DNA of 64,000 bases from the NCBI GenBank assembly GCA_022813965.1, contig JALDZS010000026.1, positions 62,001-126,000 of the forward strand, written 5' to 3'. Every line of letters starts with the position of its first letter. Within the stretch, counting starts at the first letter, position 1. Of this stretch, positions 24,772 through 36,432 are shown one piece after another. The notes beneath the pieces were generated by a model. The model was given only the letters and a program-made list of their open reading frames with translations. It was not told where the DNA came from and ran no database searches. This DNA comes from Toensbergia leucococca. Lineage: Eukaryota. The position numbers were made by a program, and so were the translations under genes.

Positions 24772-27700
24772 AGCTCCAGATTGTCAGCCTCACCAGCTTT
24801 CAGCACCCCTACTTAATACCGTCTCCTAGTGCACCATTACCGAAAGCTCGCACTCAGCTTCAACATCCCTTTCAGCAAGCAAGCCGTTTCTTTCTGCCTT
24901 TCGTGTACATGCTTTTTGAGCGGACCCCCGCCCCTCCCAATTTTCACCCGGCTTTCCGCCTTAACGACGTATCAGACATTCTATCACCAAACGGCGAAAA
25001 ATGCATTATGGCTGGCAACAGGCGCTTTTGGCATACTTCCAGCACTCTAGGTTGTCTTGAAACCCGGCGTTTTCCCCTTTTTTCATGTTTCTCTTAACGT
25101 GGTGGGGTTTTGTTGCTTTTTTCCCCTAATGTGATGAGCAGAGCGGATAGGTATGCATGGCATCTTCTTTGTAGATAGGTTATGGTACATGAAACAAAGT
25201 GAGAATTGTCTTGTGGGCTTTTATGTTTTGCCCTCTCGTATTGGTTTGGGGGATAGAAGAGTTACGAGTCTGGCTACTGCTCTTTTGCTCTAGACTTCGT
25301 TTATGTCTTCCAACACTCGCCAGATCTCTCTGTTCCAAAGAACCAAAGGAAAAAGGAGGGGTCTTATGAGATACCCTTTCACCCTCACCCCCCAAAAATA
25401 GCACTCCCCACTACCGGGAATGCCCAACCGAGCGTCCCCCCTTCCTAGACTCCTTTTCCGAATCTCGCATTTCGACCCTCTGTATCCCCGAGAACTACTT
25501 ATCTCGGTGACTAACCCCCCACTTTCCCAAAAAGAACCCCAACAAGGACTGGAGCACGCAATATCAATGAAGCCCGCCACCCGCCCCAGCGTATCCTCCT
25601 CGCCATCACTCCCCTCCATGTTTCTTCAGACCCACAGCATCTGCGCTACGTGATGACCCGGACGGCAAAGGATGGCGTCGACTCACGAACAAACAAACCT
25701 CTCAGTTCTGCAGGAAAGAGAGGTATCGGTGGAAGGGCTTTGTGGGGGTTGTATTTAGGTCATTTCTGTTTTGGTGTGTGGGGCGATTGATGATGTTCTA
25801 CACATCTGTCTACTCAAGCTTGAGACAAATTTGTTCTCAAATGTATTTTGTTTCTCCCACATTTGGTGATTGTGTTCTGGAAAAGGTGGGTTCGTACTAG
25901 GGGGTGTTTGTTTCGGGTTTTATATGCTGATGATGTTGGAGACTATAAAATGAGGTTGAGCTTTCATTCAAAGGGAGTTGGTTTTGGGACAAGAGAGGAG
26001 TTGGTGTATTTTGACGGGTGAGGAGTTTGTCGTGTGAGCAGTCCTAGGGGATGGGGGAGGTCATTCTGGCGGTGTGAGCAACATTGACTTGCTTGTAATT
26101 CAGGGTAGGGGGTGGTGGGAGGGAGAAATTGGTTGGGGGTGGTATAGAAATTTGGAAAGTGAGAGGTAAGGCGTTGGGGAATGGATGGGTATGAGCTTGC
26201 GATGAGATAGTGAAAGATGCGGATCTGGGAAAAGCGAAGTTCGTTTATGACAGGAGGAGGTGGGGGCTTGGACTGGAAGGATGAGCATTGAAGTCATGTC
26301 CGAACACTGCTATGGATGCTTATTGGGGGTGCTGTAGATCTTGGTGTCTCTTGGAAATGCCGAGCCTTTTCATTTGGCCTGTGGTGGCGTGAATGATATA
26401 TCCTAAGTTTTGTGCACCTCGAAGGACTTTCATTCCGGACATTGGGTTGACCTTGACTGGATATGGCACCCTGTAGGACCTTTGGCAGTGGAGTCAGCTC
26501 ACTTATCTAGTGATATTCGGTCTGATGGAAAGGTGTGTTGTGAAGGCTCCATGAAGCCGACGTTCTTTGATTTTCTAACGAGTTAGGTGTTGAGCATGTG
26601 TTTTGCCCGGCACGGTCCACTCGGCGTATCTGAACGAAATCAAAGTCTCACGCCATTCTGAACGCCTGTGCCCATGCCTTTCCTTCTGTTCTGCCCTTCA
26701 TGATTATATTACCGCAACATCTGAATATTACCTGACTTGTAGTGTTGTTCCTCGGTATGTCGCTAGCATCCTGTATATTACTCCGGCATGTGTTTTGGAT
26801 TCCATGTCGACCGCCGAGGGACGATCAATGGATGCCATTGGGCCATGAATGTAATTGCTGTCAGAGCAATCCTCGGTCAGCTGGTTGGTTTGTAAGGATT
26901 GTTCAGACAGATTGGTCTCTCTTATTGAGTAGCACTATTGTGCAGTGTTCGATAGGAAGCGCGCACATACCCCACATGATGTAGCAGCTCGCAAAACTCA
27001 GGATCATCGTACTTCGCCAGATGCTAGATTGACCAGACTTGTATTAGCGCCAACAGCTCTTGTAATAGATGGTAATTGGAATTTCCATAGATAGTCATTC
27101 AGGTAGTTGTAAGCTTTCCTCTTTGGAGCATCAAGCAGGAAAAGCAAAAGTACAAGGGGGCTCACGTCTGGTTTTCGCCTTTCGGCGCAAAGACATAGGC
27201 TAATAGCGAAGCTAGGACGACGAAAACAAGGCCTATAATTATGCTCGCGCTGGGGGTTGGATATCGAAGGTTAGCTGCCGGCCCAGAGCTTCGGGCAGAC
27301 AAGCAGGGTGGGGAAGAGCTAACGAACCCGTTTGCCATGTTAGGTGGAGGCTAATGCTCGAGTACAGAGAGATTACTGTAAAGGGAAATTGAAAGGTGGA
27401 GTGGTTCTACAACGTTGTCGTGTGGAGGTTTTGATGCGGTGGTGAAAGCGGCGTCACCAGTCATTGGCAGATTATGTAAGCCAGCTACGGTGGACTTTTA
27501 CTGTTTCATTGGCACGCATCAGCTCGGCCAGGCTCGCCAGGTACCCGTAATTAGGGCAAGGAGGGGAGTGAGGGCAAGGTATCTGTCAGCGGACACACTT
27601 GATGTATGTCTTGAATTAATTTTTTCGTTGTTACTATCCGATAGGCTACGGCTGAACTCTGCCTATTCTCACATGCTTTCTTCGTGCAGCATCGTGCATG

Positions 27701-29622
27701 TCCAGATTTGCGATGATGTACTCTTGGGAAAGGATCGAGTGGTCAATACGACTTGGTCACGCATAAGAAGAGAAGACTTTGTCCCCTCAAGGCAGACGAA
27801 AGCAGACAAAAGTAGTCAACCTGGCATTCCTCATCATCCTACATTGCCTTCCACCTTGCACTGTCTTTGTCAACACTTGTTCAGCCATCATTGTGGTCTT
27901 CCTGTCAGTACATGTAAGGAGGATCGGATGATCGTCGATACTGCTATAAGCGACCGCATCTTCACAGGCCGGGGGCAGCTCATCTATCCAATGCATCTTC
28001 TTCAAATCACCACACCAACTGAGCCAAGGGACGTTAGCGACACTTCTTGTCAGTGATGAGTCGGTCTGCGATGAGATTAGAGGAGGGGAGGGGAGGGGAA
28101 CTTCTTGCGGTACTTTTGAGATGTACGGTAGTAATAAGTGATTTGGTGATGTTTCTGAAGACCAATTCCCTCGAATCAGAAAGGGCAGCGACTCAAATGC
28201 GGCTTCTGTGTGCCGGCAGATTAAAACGCTTAGGATTGAGTGATATGTTCGACTCTGGCGCAAGCTACTGATGCACATAAAGTTTACTAATTGGTCATGG
28301 AATGCTGCGTCGCTGCAAGGCTTCTTCTTTCTCTTCTTCTTGTTGGCTGGAAGTTGCTGGGCTGCTGTACCTGTGTCCTGTCGGTTGTACAGATGGATGA
28401 CACAGGTCTCCAGTCTTCAGGATCAGGAGAGTGGAGCTGGTCTGGTTGAATGATCGTCGATTCAAACATTTTGCCACAGCGCCATGCTGTGTAGCGTGCC
28501 GCTAGTCTGGCTGCCATGATGCTGATACGTCACATTCGACGGCGAATCTTCGATGCACAGAGCACTAGTAGCACTGGTAGCACTCTAGTAGTACCTCATC
28601 CCAACGCCCTATTCATCCACTGCGAGACTGCGAATGGACCTTCACCAATTCCAAGACTCATCAGCACTTGGGGTAGCACTATCTCCGCCCCCGGACAACT
28701 CCACCTCCCCACTTCTCTCAAATACTTCTACGACGACGGCCGTTGTGTGTGACGGCGCAAAGCTGCAGACGATCCATATCGAGCCATCCATCATCCATGC
28801 CGGACGAGACGACCTGCACACGCCATCGACTTTCGGCTGCCATCCGAGAAAACTACCTTCTAACTGCCCTCGCCTACCGTCCCTTTGCCTCTGATCCCTC
28901 TGCAAAGCAATGTACCGTTCTGCATAGCCAAGTGAACACATCAAATCCACTCTGACCTGTTTGGCTAGAACACTACCCTAGTCATAATAGCCAACGTCTG
29001 TCGTTCTGACCCACACCGAAATACACACCCTCCACTACGAACGTATTTACTTCGACACAGCCTGACATTGATATCCTTGAGAATTGCCACCTTGTTTGCA
29101 AAAATCACCTCGATCCAACATCATTGGTCATTTCTTCCAATTGCTTGCCCTTGGCTTGAAACCACAGCGTTTCGCTCAAGAGCCAGAGTTAAAGATTTTC
29201 CACTTCGATTTCGACCTTGACCCTAATCCATCCGTGGTCACCTTCCACGCGAGCGCTGTTGCACAACAGCTCTGCAAGGCGGCTCCTCCCCGCGTCCCAC
29301 TCACTGCACTGCTGCGGCGTATCACGACAGTTGTGAAAACCCGGGATAGACAAATTGTAAACCAAGGAAGAAGAAGCGAAGCAAGAGATCTTCCGCAGAA
29401 TTGTTCCACACGTCCAGTCTTGGTGTGGGGTGTCCTCGGTTCTGTGCATCAAGAAACTCTACCCAGATTGGGAGATCATATTCAGCCGAATTGACCTTGT
29501 GGTTCCTTAGCGAAGTCAAGGGGGCTTTATAAATATCGAGAATTTTTTGCTGCTAAATAGACTACACGTTGTTTTGACTTCTCGCTTTCCATATCTTTTT
29601 CTTTCTAGATCAGCGGCTGAGG

Positions 29623-31438
29623 ATGGAGACTACGTTCATCTCAATCCATGGTAGGTGTCATTTGATCCCTTGTAGTTGGTACTCTAGGTGCTGACGTCTC
29701 TTCTACTCAGACCTATCTCTTGATGCTCGATTACTTTACGTGTCTACTTCTATTGTCGACATCTTAGGCTACACGTCGGAAGAGGTTGTAGGAAAGTCAT
29801 GTTGGGAGTATTTTCATCCAGATGAAATCCCCTTCGCCAAAGCCATCCATGGTCGGGGGATTCAGTTAGACAAAGCTGCCGTACTCAACTACTGCCAGAT
29901 AAAGAACAGAGTTGGTTCATGGGTAGGGTGTGAATGCGTGTTTACTATCGTACATGATGTGCTCGTTGCAAGCACTAGCATCTATCGAAGAGGGACAAAC
30001 AGTCAAAGTATGTATCTATCCCCCAGCGATATCCGTGCTGGATTCAAATTAATCCTCAATTCAAGAACGAGCTGTGGATGCTCCAATTATACGTCGCCTT
30101 TTTTCTTCTTCGCCGCGAGATCCTCGATATCATATGCTTTCATATATATCTCGAAAATTCTCACAAGAGCCACAGCCTCATGCTCATGAGCCGCGAGCAG
30201 CTCTTTTCCTTAATCGATTCACTCGAACTCTGACCATCATGTACGCAACGAACGGCTTGGCGGATGTATTGGGAATCTCCGCAGAGGAACTAAGCGGAAG
30301 AAGCTTTTATTATTGTATTCAGGAAAACTGCTTACAAGAGGCCGTTAGATGTTTGGAGAGCGCCAAAGCCAACGATTCCATAGCGTATCTACGGTTCAAA
30401 TTCCGGGATCCACGGCAAGACGACCAGATGGATCCGGATGAGCCAATGCAAGATGGTCATAGCAGCGAAGAAGATGAAGATGAGGGCGGAGTTCATCTTG
30501 ATGGACCTCAAGACGAAGGTGGAATTGAGTATGCAGATCGTGTTGACTCTTTCCAGTCGAGATCGAGCTCGATTGAGAACCAGGGTATCGATGAACCGAG
30601 AGGTACTTACACACTGGATCAGAATTCGCGATCATCATCTGGTAATAGCACTGATCTAGACGGAAATGCTGATCACGAAATATTTGATCGGTCAGCCACC
30701 GCTCGTTCATCGGTCTCGTCTCTTCCCCTCTCGTCTATCAAGGGCGAACAAATGTCGTCGAGAAGCAGCGATTCACCAACACCTCCGCAAATAGAAATTG
30801 AGGCCGTTGTGTCTTGCACCTCGGACGGGCTGGTGGTCATACTCCGCCGGGCCAGATCGTCCTTTCCACAGGTCACTCGGCCAGCCGCACAGACGTATCA
30901 ACAGCCATACGCCAATGGCCTCTTCGCTGCTCCGTGGGCCGCCAACCCCATCATCCCTAATCTACAAGAAGCACCTCGGTACAACCATCTTCGCCCTTTT
31001 GAATCCAACGGATATCCGGTTCAGTCAGACTCCGCACAAGCAAACGGAATGGCGAAGGCTGGGCCTCCAAATGAAGATTTCATGAATTCAATCCGCGACG
31101 TTGCTGTGTTTGCCTGGTCACTAACGGGCATCAATGGGTCTCTCTCTCAATATAGTCGGGGAAAACCCACGGGTGAATCACAACCTCCGACCGGGTTACC
31201 AATATGGGATCCATATTCGAACGCAGGGCCTGAAAGTGATCGACTCGATGAATACGGGAACAGCCCACGTCGGACCGAGGCTTTCAACATACAAAACAGC
31301 AGTGTCAATACCGAGCGATTCCCAGATTTTGTGGACAGCACCAACAGCATGCAACAAGCTCCATGGAGTCCGGTTCATGCCACTGGCACGGCGAATTATG
31401 AGCAGGACCCACAAAATTTCATGGGAAACCTCGATTGA
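29623..31438 (+). CDS. Fungal PAS-domain protein (two PAS-like segments, no recognisable output domain)
   Basis: Exons 29623-29650, 29711-30007 and 30066-31438. METTFISIH|DLSLDARLLYVSTSIVDILGYTSEEVVGKSCWEYFHPDE (PAS) and a second PAS-like segment TIMYATNGLADVLGISAEELSGRSFYYCI. Confidence 0.85.
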
Positions 31439-32290
31439 CGGTTTTCCCTTCAAACATCCAAGCTACCTTCTCCCTTAGCCCCTGTTTTTCCCCTCTCTTC
31501 TTTGAGGCTTCTTTTTCCGTGTCAGTGATCACTAGGGACTACAGGCATGATGGAGTCATGTACTATACAACTATGGCGTTTTGAATCTATATGAAAAGGG
31601 GGTTCTCTCGGATGGTATATCTAGTTTAGACACGATTTAGAGCGTTGCACGCGTGGTATCCAAGAGCAGATTTTAATCAACAGGCCTTTTTTATTTAAGC
31701 TTCTCCAGGAAAGGACTATCACTCCTGTTTGATGGCTCTGTGTCTTACGGCACAAAACATGGTCCTTCCTGCTTCTTATTTCTTCCTCGCCTAGATCACT
31801 GCCTTACTCACCGACTCCTCCCGCCCATAGCATGTACAGACAAAGCAATCCGTTACCGCTTGCCCCTCTTTTCCCTCCTCAATCTCTCATCTAAGACGGT
31901 GAATACACACCCACAAAAGCAAGACAGCATCGGTAGTGCACGTCTGAGCCCCTTTTCTCCTTTGAGGCATTACTCATTGGATATAGCGGTCCGAAATAAA
32001 CGTAATGGGCAAAGAATGAACTAGATGACGAGAGCGGGATGGAGCCAAGGATTGGCAGTGCCATCCGCCACGAGCGCCCAAACCTGCCATTCGAGCAGTG
32101 GCGACGGAGCCCTTTTCAGTGAAATTTTGCAAGGCAAGAAAGGTGAAGAACTGCATTACGACTACGGATTAAGATTAAGGGAGGAAAGCGGATATGTATG
32201 ACCTGTCCATGAACTCCCTCGATTTCCGATTCTCCGTCGCGCCCATGCCATGCTCAGCATACCCAATAAAGACAGCACTACCATCATAAC

Positions 32291-34014
32291 TTACGCATGG
32301 ATCATCTCCTGTACCTTCGGGTACACGCTCACCATACGGGCGTACAGATCCGGATGATCTCTCATCAAAACCTCCGGATCGAAAGCCGCAGCTACAAACA
32401 GCGTCGTCACGCCGCTGCCGATGGGCGTCATGAAAATCTGACATACTTGCAAGCCGATGAGAAATGAAAAGGCCATGATGACGGGCGTGAAGGTGCCGCC
32501 GGAGTTGTAGCCCGGTTTGGTGAATTCAAGGTAAAGGTAGGCGAGGAAGGAGCAGAGGTAGGCGACGAACGTGGAGCCCATTGTTAGGACCGGGCCGATT
32601 AAGCAGTCATTTACTAGAGCGTCGATTCCGCGGTCTTTCATCATGCTATGGAGAAGGGGGTATTAGGCGATTGGTGGGATGGAGGGAAGGGAGAAGGGAC
32701 TTACCGCCAGGTGTCCTTTGCGGCGGGTAGGTAGGCTTTGCCGTATAATGCGATGTAGCTAAAAGCGTAGCGATTGATAAACTGGACGGCCCAGTCCACG
32801 AGGCCAATTATACAGCCTAGACAGCAGAATACAATTGAGGCCAACGTATCACCGGACTGAGCCTCCTGCTGCTGCGCAATGCTGCAGGCTTGGCGGAGCA
32901 TGTTGATCAAGGCCACAACCAGAGAGCCGAAGCTGATGCTGCCGAAAGAGTAGGTCATGGCCCGTCGGAAAGCCCCTCTTGTAGCGCCCTTTGGCATGCC
33001 ACCGGGCTTGCCGCTGCAGAAAAAAAAGGAGCCATATACACCGGCAATGGTGAAGTGGATAGTATTCTTCAGCCACTCAGTGATGAAATAGCCAGCGAAA
33101 GTGATGAAGACGGTTAGTCCGATGACTGTGGACGAAGAACAAGATGTCCCGCAGGCAGGATTCGATGAGCCTCCACTGCTGGGTTCGTACTTGACGTAGA
33201 CTGCAACCAGGGTAACGGAGAACCAGGCGCCAAAGGCTAAAGCGACGAATCCACCTATTGCGCTGACCATGAAGACGTGCCCGAAATGCGTGGCAACGTC
33301 CATGGTGGCCTGGAGCATTACCACACTGAAGGGTATCCGAGGTATCCAGGTAACAAAGCAGATGATGCTGAAGATACTGAAAAGGGCGAACACGACGGCG
33401 GCTGAGTAGTAGTGTTGAGTAAAGTAATATACAGCGGTAGCAATTCCAAAGACGATATGCAGGATGCCTGTGATCCATATGAACTGTTTGGTAAAAGCAC
33501 GCGCCATGATGAAATAAAGCCATGAAAAGGCGAAAGCTACCACCAGTACAAAGGAGAACAAAACGATTGTATTGGTGTTTAGGGAGAAGTCGTTGCCCGA
33601 GTTGTAAATACCACCGCCGCTGAAGGATTTATTGGCAGAGTAGCTTTGAAGAGAAAGGCCAGACACTGCGGCGAAACCGAGGAAGGTCAAGATGAGCTGC
33701 AGGTCTTATGTCAGTGGAAGTGAGCGTGTTCGGGCTCATGAGTTTCCTACTAGTATGCCTGCCCATATATCGTTGAATTTTGGTTTCTCAATCTTGAAAA
33801 CCTGGTTAAAGTCCTGCTTTTCGTTTCCTACCGCTGGTGTAGCACTGTTTTGAAAGTTCTGGTCATAATTAGGAGGTGCTTGATCGTACTTGGGCTCTGT
33901 GTTCCCTTGGAATCCTCTGCCATTGTCATTGCTTGTCTGCGGCGGGTATTGCATCTGAGGTTGGTCAGGACCGGTGTTGTAGTAGCTATCTGCGGCACCG
34001 CCATGGGTGGCCAT
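32291..34014 (-). CDS. PNS1: Choline transporter-like plasma membrane protein Pns1
   Basis: FKIEKPKFNDIWAGIL, many TM helices, SFGSISFGSL, INRYAFSYIALYGKAYLPAAKDTW and KDRGIDALVNDCL (CTL family). Two introns. Confidence 0.93.
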
Positions 34015-34213
34015 TGACTCGGACGAAGACGACAGATGCACGAATGTGGTATCGAAAGCGTCGATGCGCTGATTAGTAGGTATCAATGGAGTGATTTCAG
34101 GCCTGGTGGTGGATAATGAGCGATTGCTTATTACTATGATGGTGCGAGGCGCATTAATCAATCAATCTCGACTATGCGTACGGATAAAGTCATAATCAAT
34201 TTCCCAAACGGGA

Positions 34214-34221
34214 TGACGTCA
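34214..34221. promoter_or_regulatory. CRE/ATF-type bZIP site TGACGTCA ~200 bp upstream of PNS1
   Basis: Perfect palindromic TGACGTCA upstream of the PNS1 ATG (34014). Function is inferred only. Confidence 0.3.
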
Positions 34222-34726
34222 AGTGTTCAACCTTGAATTTCTAGAATCCCACTCGGCACTAGGTAGCCTATCTAGTTACAGATCGTCTCCCCTTCCGCAC
34301 GATGCTCTTCTAATCTTTCCCATGGCGCCAGATTACCATCCATCAGCACCAATCCGAATCACTCCCATCAAGAAACAATAGGTCACCTACCCTATGCTAA
34401 GTACGCTGCCATAGGTGGGCATGAAATGAACACAACCAGCGACATCGGTATGCTTTCGAGGAACATGAAGAACCCGGCGAATTGCCTGCTCATCTTCGGG
34501 TGTTGTGTGTACTGAACCAATGAAGACATTCTCTGCGTTTACTCGAAATTGACTTTGGCGGCCAATGCACAGGACGTCCTCGGTACATTTCTGATTTGCA
34601 AGGCAGCATGCATCATCAGACATTCACGTAGCTCTTGTGGCGAATATGACAAAATTCATAGGAATAATAGCTTTAATGCTGGAATGCTTGCTAACCTAGT
34701 ACTCTCAACAGCTCACTGTTACTCAC

Positions 34727-35826
34727 TCAATTCTCAAATTTGAGCCCGCCTTCTTGCCGTACGGCCCCATATATTCCCGCAATATCTCCTCTAGAACCCA
34801 TGTGTTTCTGGACGTCTGCCAGATGCTCGTCGGCAACCTCGATGTCCCTCATTCGTGCTCCACTCGATTTTGCAATGTTCATGGCATGCTTAGCATCCTT
34901 TCGTGCTAGGTCGACCGAGAACAGTGGCTAGCATTAAATGATTAGCTGGTGATCTTCACAATCTGCGATTTCAATCTCATTTAGAAAAGCTCAATCGAAC
35001 CTCTTCTCGTGTATGATAATCTCCTGCCATCATCCGCCCTGAATATGCAGTATAAGGACCCGGAAACATGATCTCAATCCACTTATGCAAGTTCTCTCCG
35101 CCTAGTCCGGATTTTTCGGCAACAGTGTGGCCTTCCGAAAGCGATTCCATCATGGTTAGAATGAAAGAATTTCCAATGATTTTGAGTAAAGTGGCTTGGC
35201 CCGGCGCTTGACCACTGAAATCCAGCTCGGCTCGGCACATGACGCCTTTGGTGTAAGGCTTTACCTTCTCTACGGCAGCTGCTGGGCCTGCAAGCACAGA
35301 AATGAGCTGGCCATTCTCGGCCATGGCTGCCGCTCCGAAGACTACGGAGCTTGTGTCAGCTGATTGATTCCCAGCGGCAAAGAAGCTTGAATTTACCTGG
35401 ACATGCCACGAAGTATGCACCATGTGCTTCGACGCTCTTAGCTAGCGAATTTGTGGTATCGGGGTGGACTGTGGAACAATAGACGAAGAGTTTTTCTTCG
35501 ACGTCTTGCCTGACCGCAATTGCCATAGTATCCTGCATAACTTCATCGTCACTGAGACAAGTGAATATAATGTCGGCTTTCGAAACGGCATCCTCAATGC
35601 TGGAGGCTACGGACGATGTGCCTGACGGTAGCTTTGCTTCCAACTCCGTGGCACGCTGAATGGTGCGATTGAAGATAATAAGAGGCTTAGAGAGGTTACC
35701 ATTTTCTACTAGGTTTTTGCACATGCCCTATGATTACATTAATACGCTAGATTGACTATATAGTAATGGACCAGTGCTCACTCGGCCCATATTTCCTAGT
35801 CCTATCCATGCTAATTGAGGAGCCAT
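34727..35826 (-). CDS. NAD(P)-binding 6-phosphogluconate/3-hydroxyisobutyrate dehydrogenase-family oxidoreductase
   Basis: MAPQLAWIGLGNMGR|GMCKNL (Rossmann fold), IFNRT, CSTVHPDT, FVACP|VFG, LKIIGNSF and DLARKDAKHA...IYGAVRQEGGLKFEN*. Three introns. Confidence 0.88.
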
Positions 35827-36306
35827 TTTGAATATTTGGTATGGAAAGAATTGATATGGTAAGTAGCCTATTTAGAAGCTCAGAGTCAAAGAAAATGAAG
35901 TCTGATGATTTTTGATTTCGAAGCAATTGCAACCGCTATATGGTCAATTTACTGAGATATAGACTAGTTGAAGTCCGAGAGGCGGGACGAGACTGATCTT
36001 TGTATAAGGCATGTAGAGAGAATTCATGCCAGACTTTTCTTGAACGCTCAACATCTGCATGACGTACTTGTATTTGGAAGGTAAAAGCTGGGTGTGAAGA
36101 AAGCCGAGGAAGCCCTACCTTGCCTACCTACGTTAGGTACCTCGTACCAGGTAAGCACGTGGTAAGGTAATATTTCTCCCAGCACGCTAGTGTTCGCTAG
36201 TGCTCTCGCTACGAGGCACCGAGGAAAGCCGTACCTATCCAATAAGCGAGTGGCGCGAGTAAGGTAAAGGGTAGTTGTTTCTCCGGATTGTGCATATGGA
36301 GATTTT

Positions 36307-36313
36307 TGAGTCA
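36307..36313. promoter_or_regulatory. CpcA/Gcn4 response element (TGAGTCA) upstream of ARG2
   Basis: Perfect TGASTCA ~120 bp 5' of the reconstructed ATG of an arginine-biosynthesis gene. Confidence 0.55.
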
Positions 36314-36432
36314 CTCGATTGTATGCACACATTTTGGAAAAGCACCATATATACTCCTACCTTCCCAATCACCTTTAAACTTATGTATCTATTTTCTCAC
36401 ATTTTGGTATGCTTTTCTGCCACAGATAAGAC

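Noticed and set aside
27415..28278. 213-aa and 163-aa ORFs upstream of the PAS gene (also 41374-41958 and 62757-63104)
   Set aside because: Mostly non-ATG starts, atypical Cys/His-rich composition, and no domain motifs or splice-consistent models. Treated as chance ORFs.
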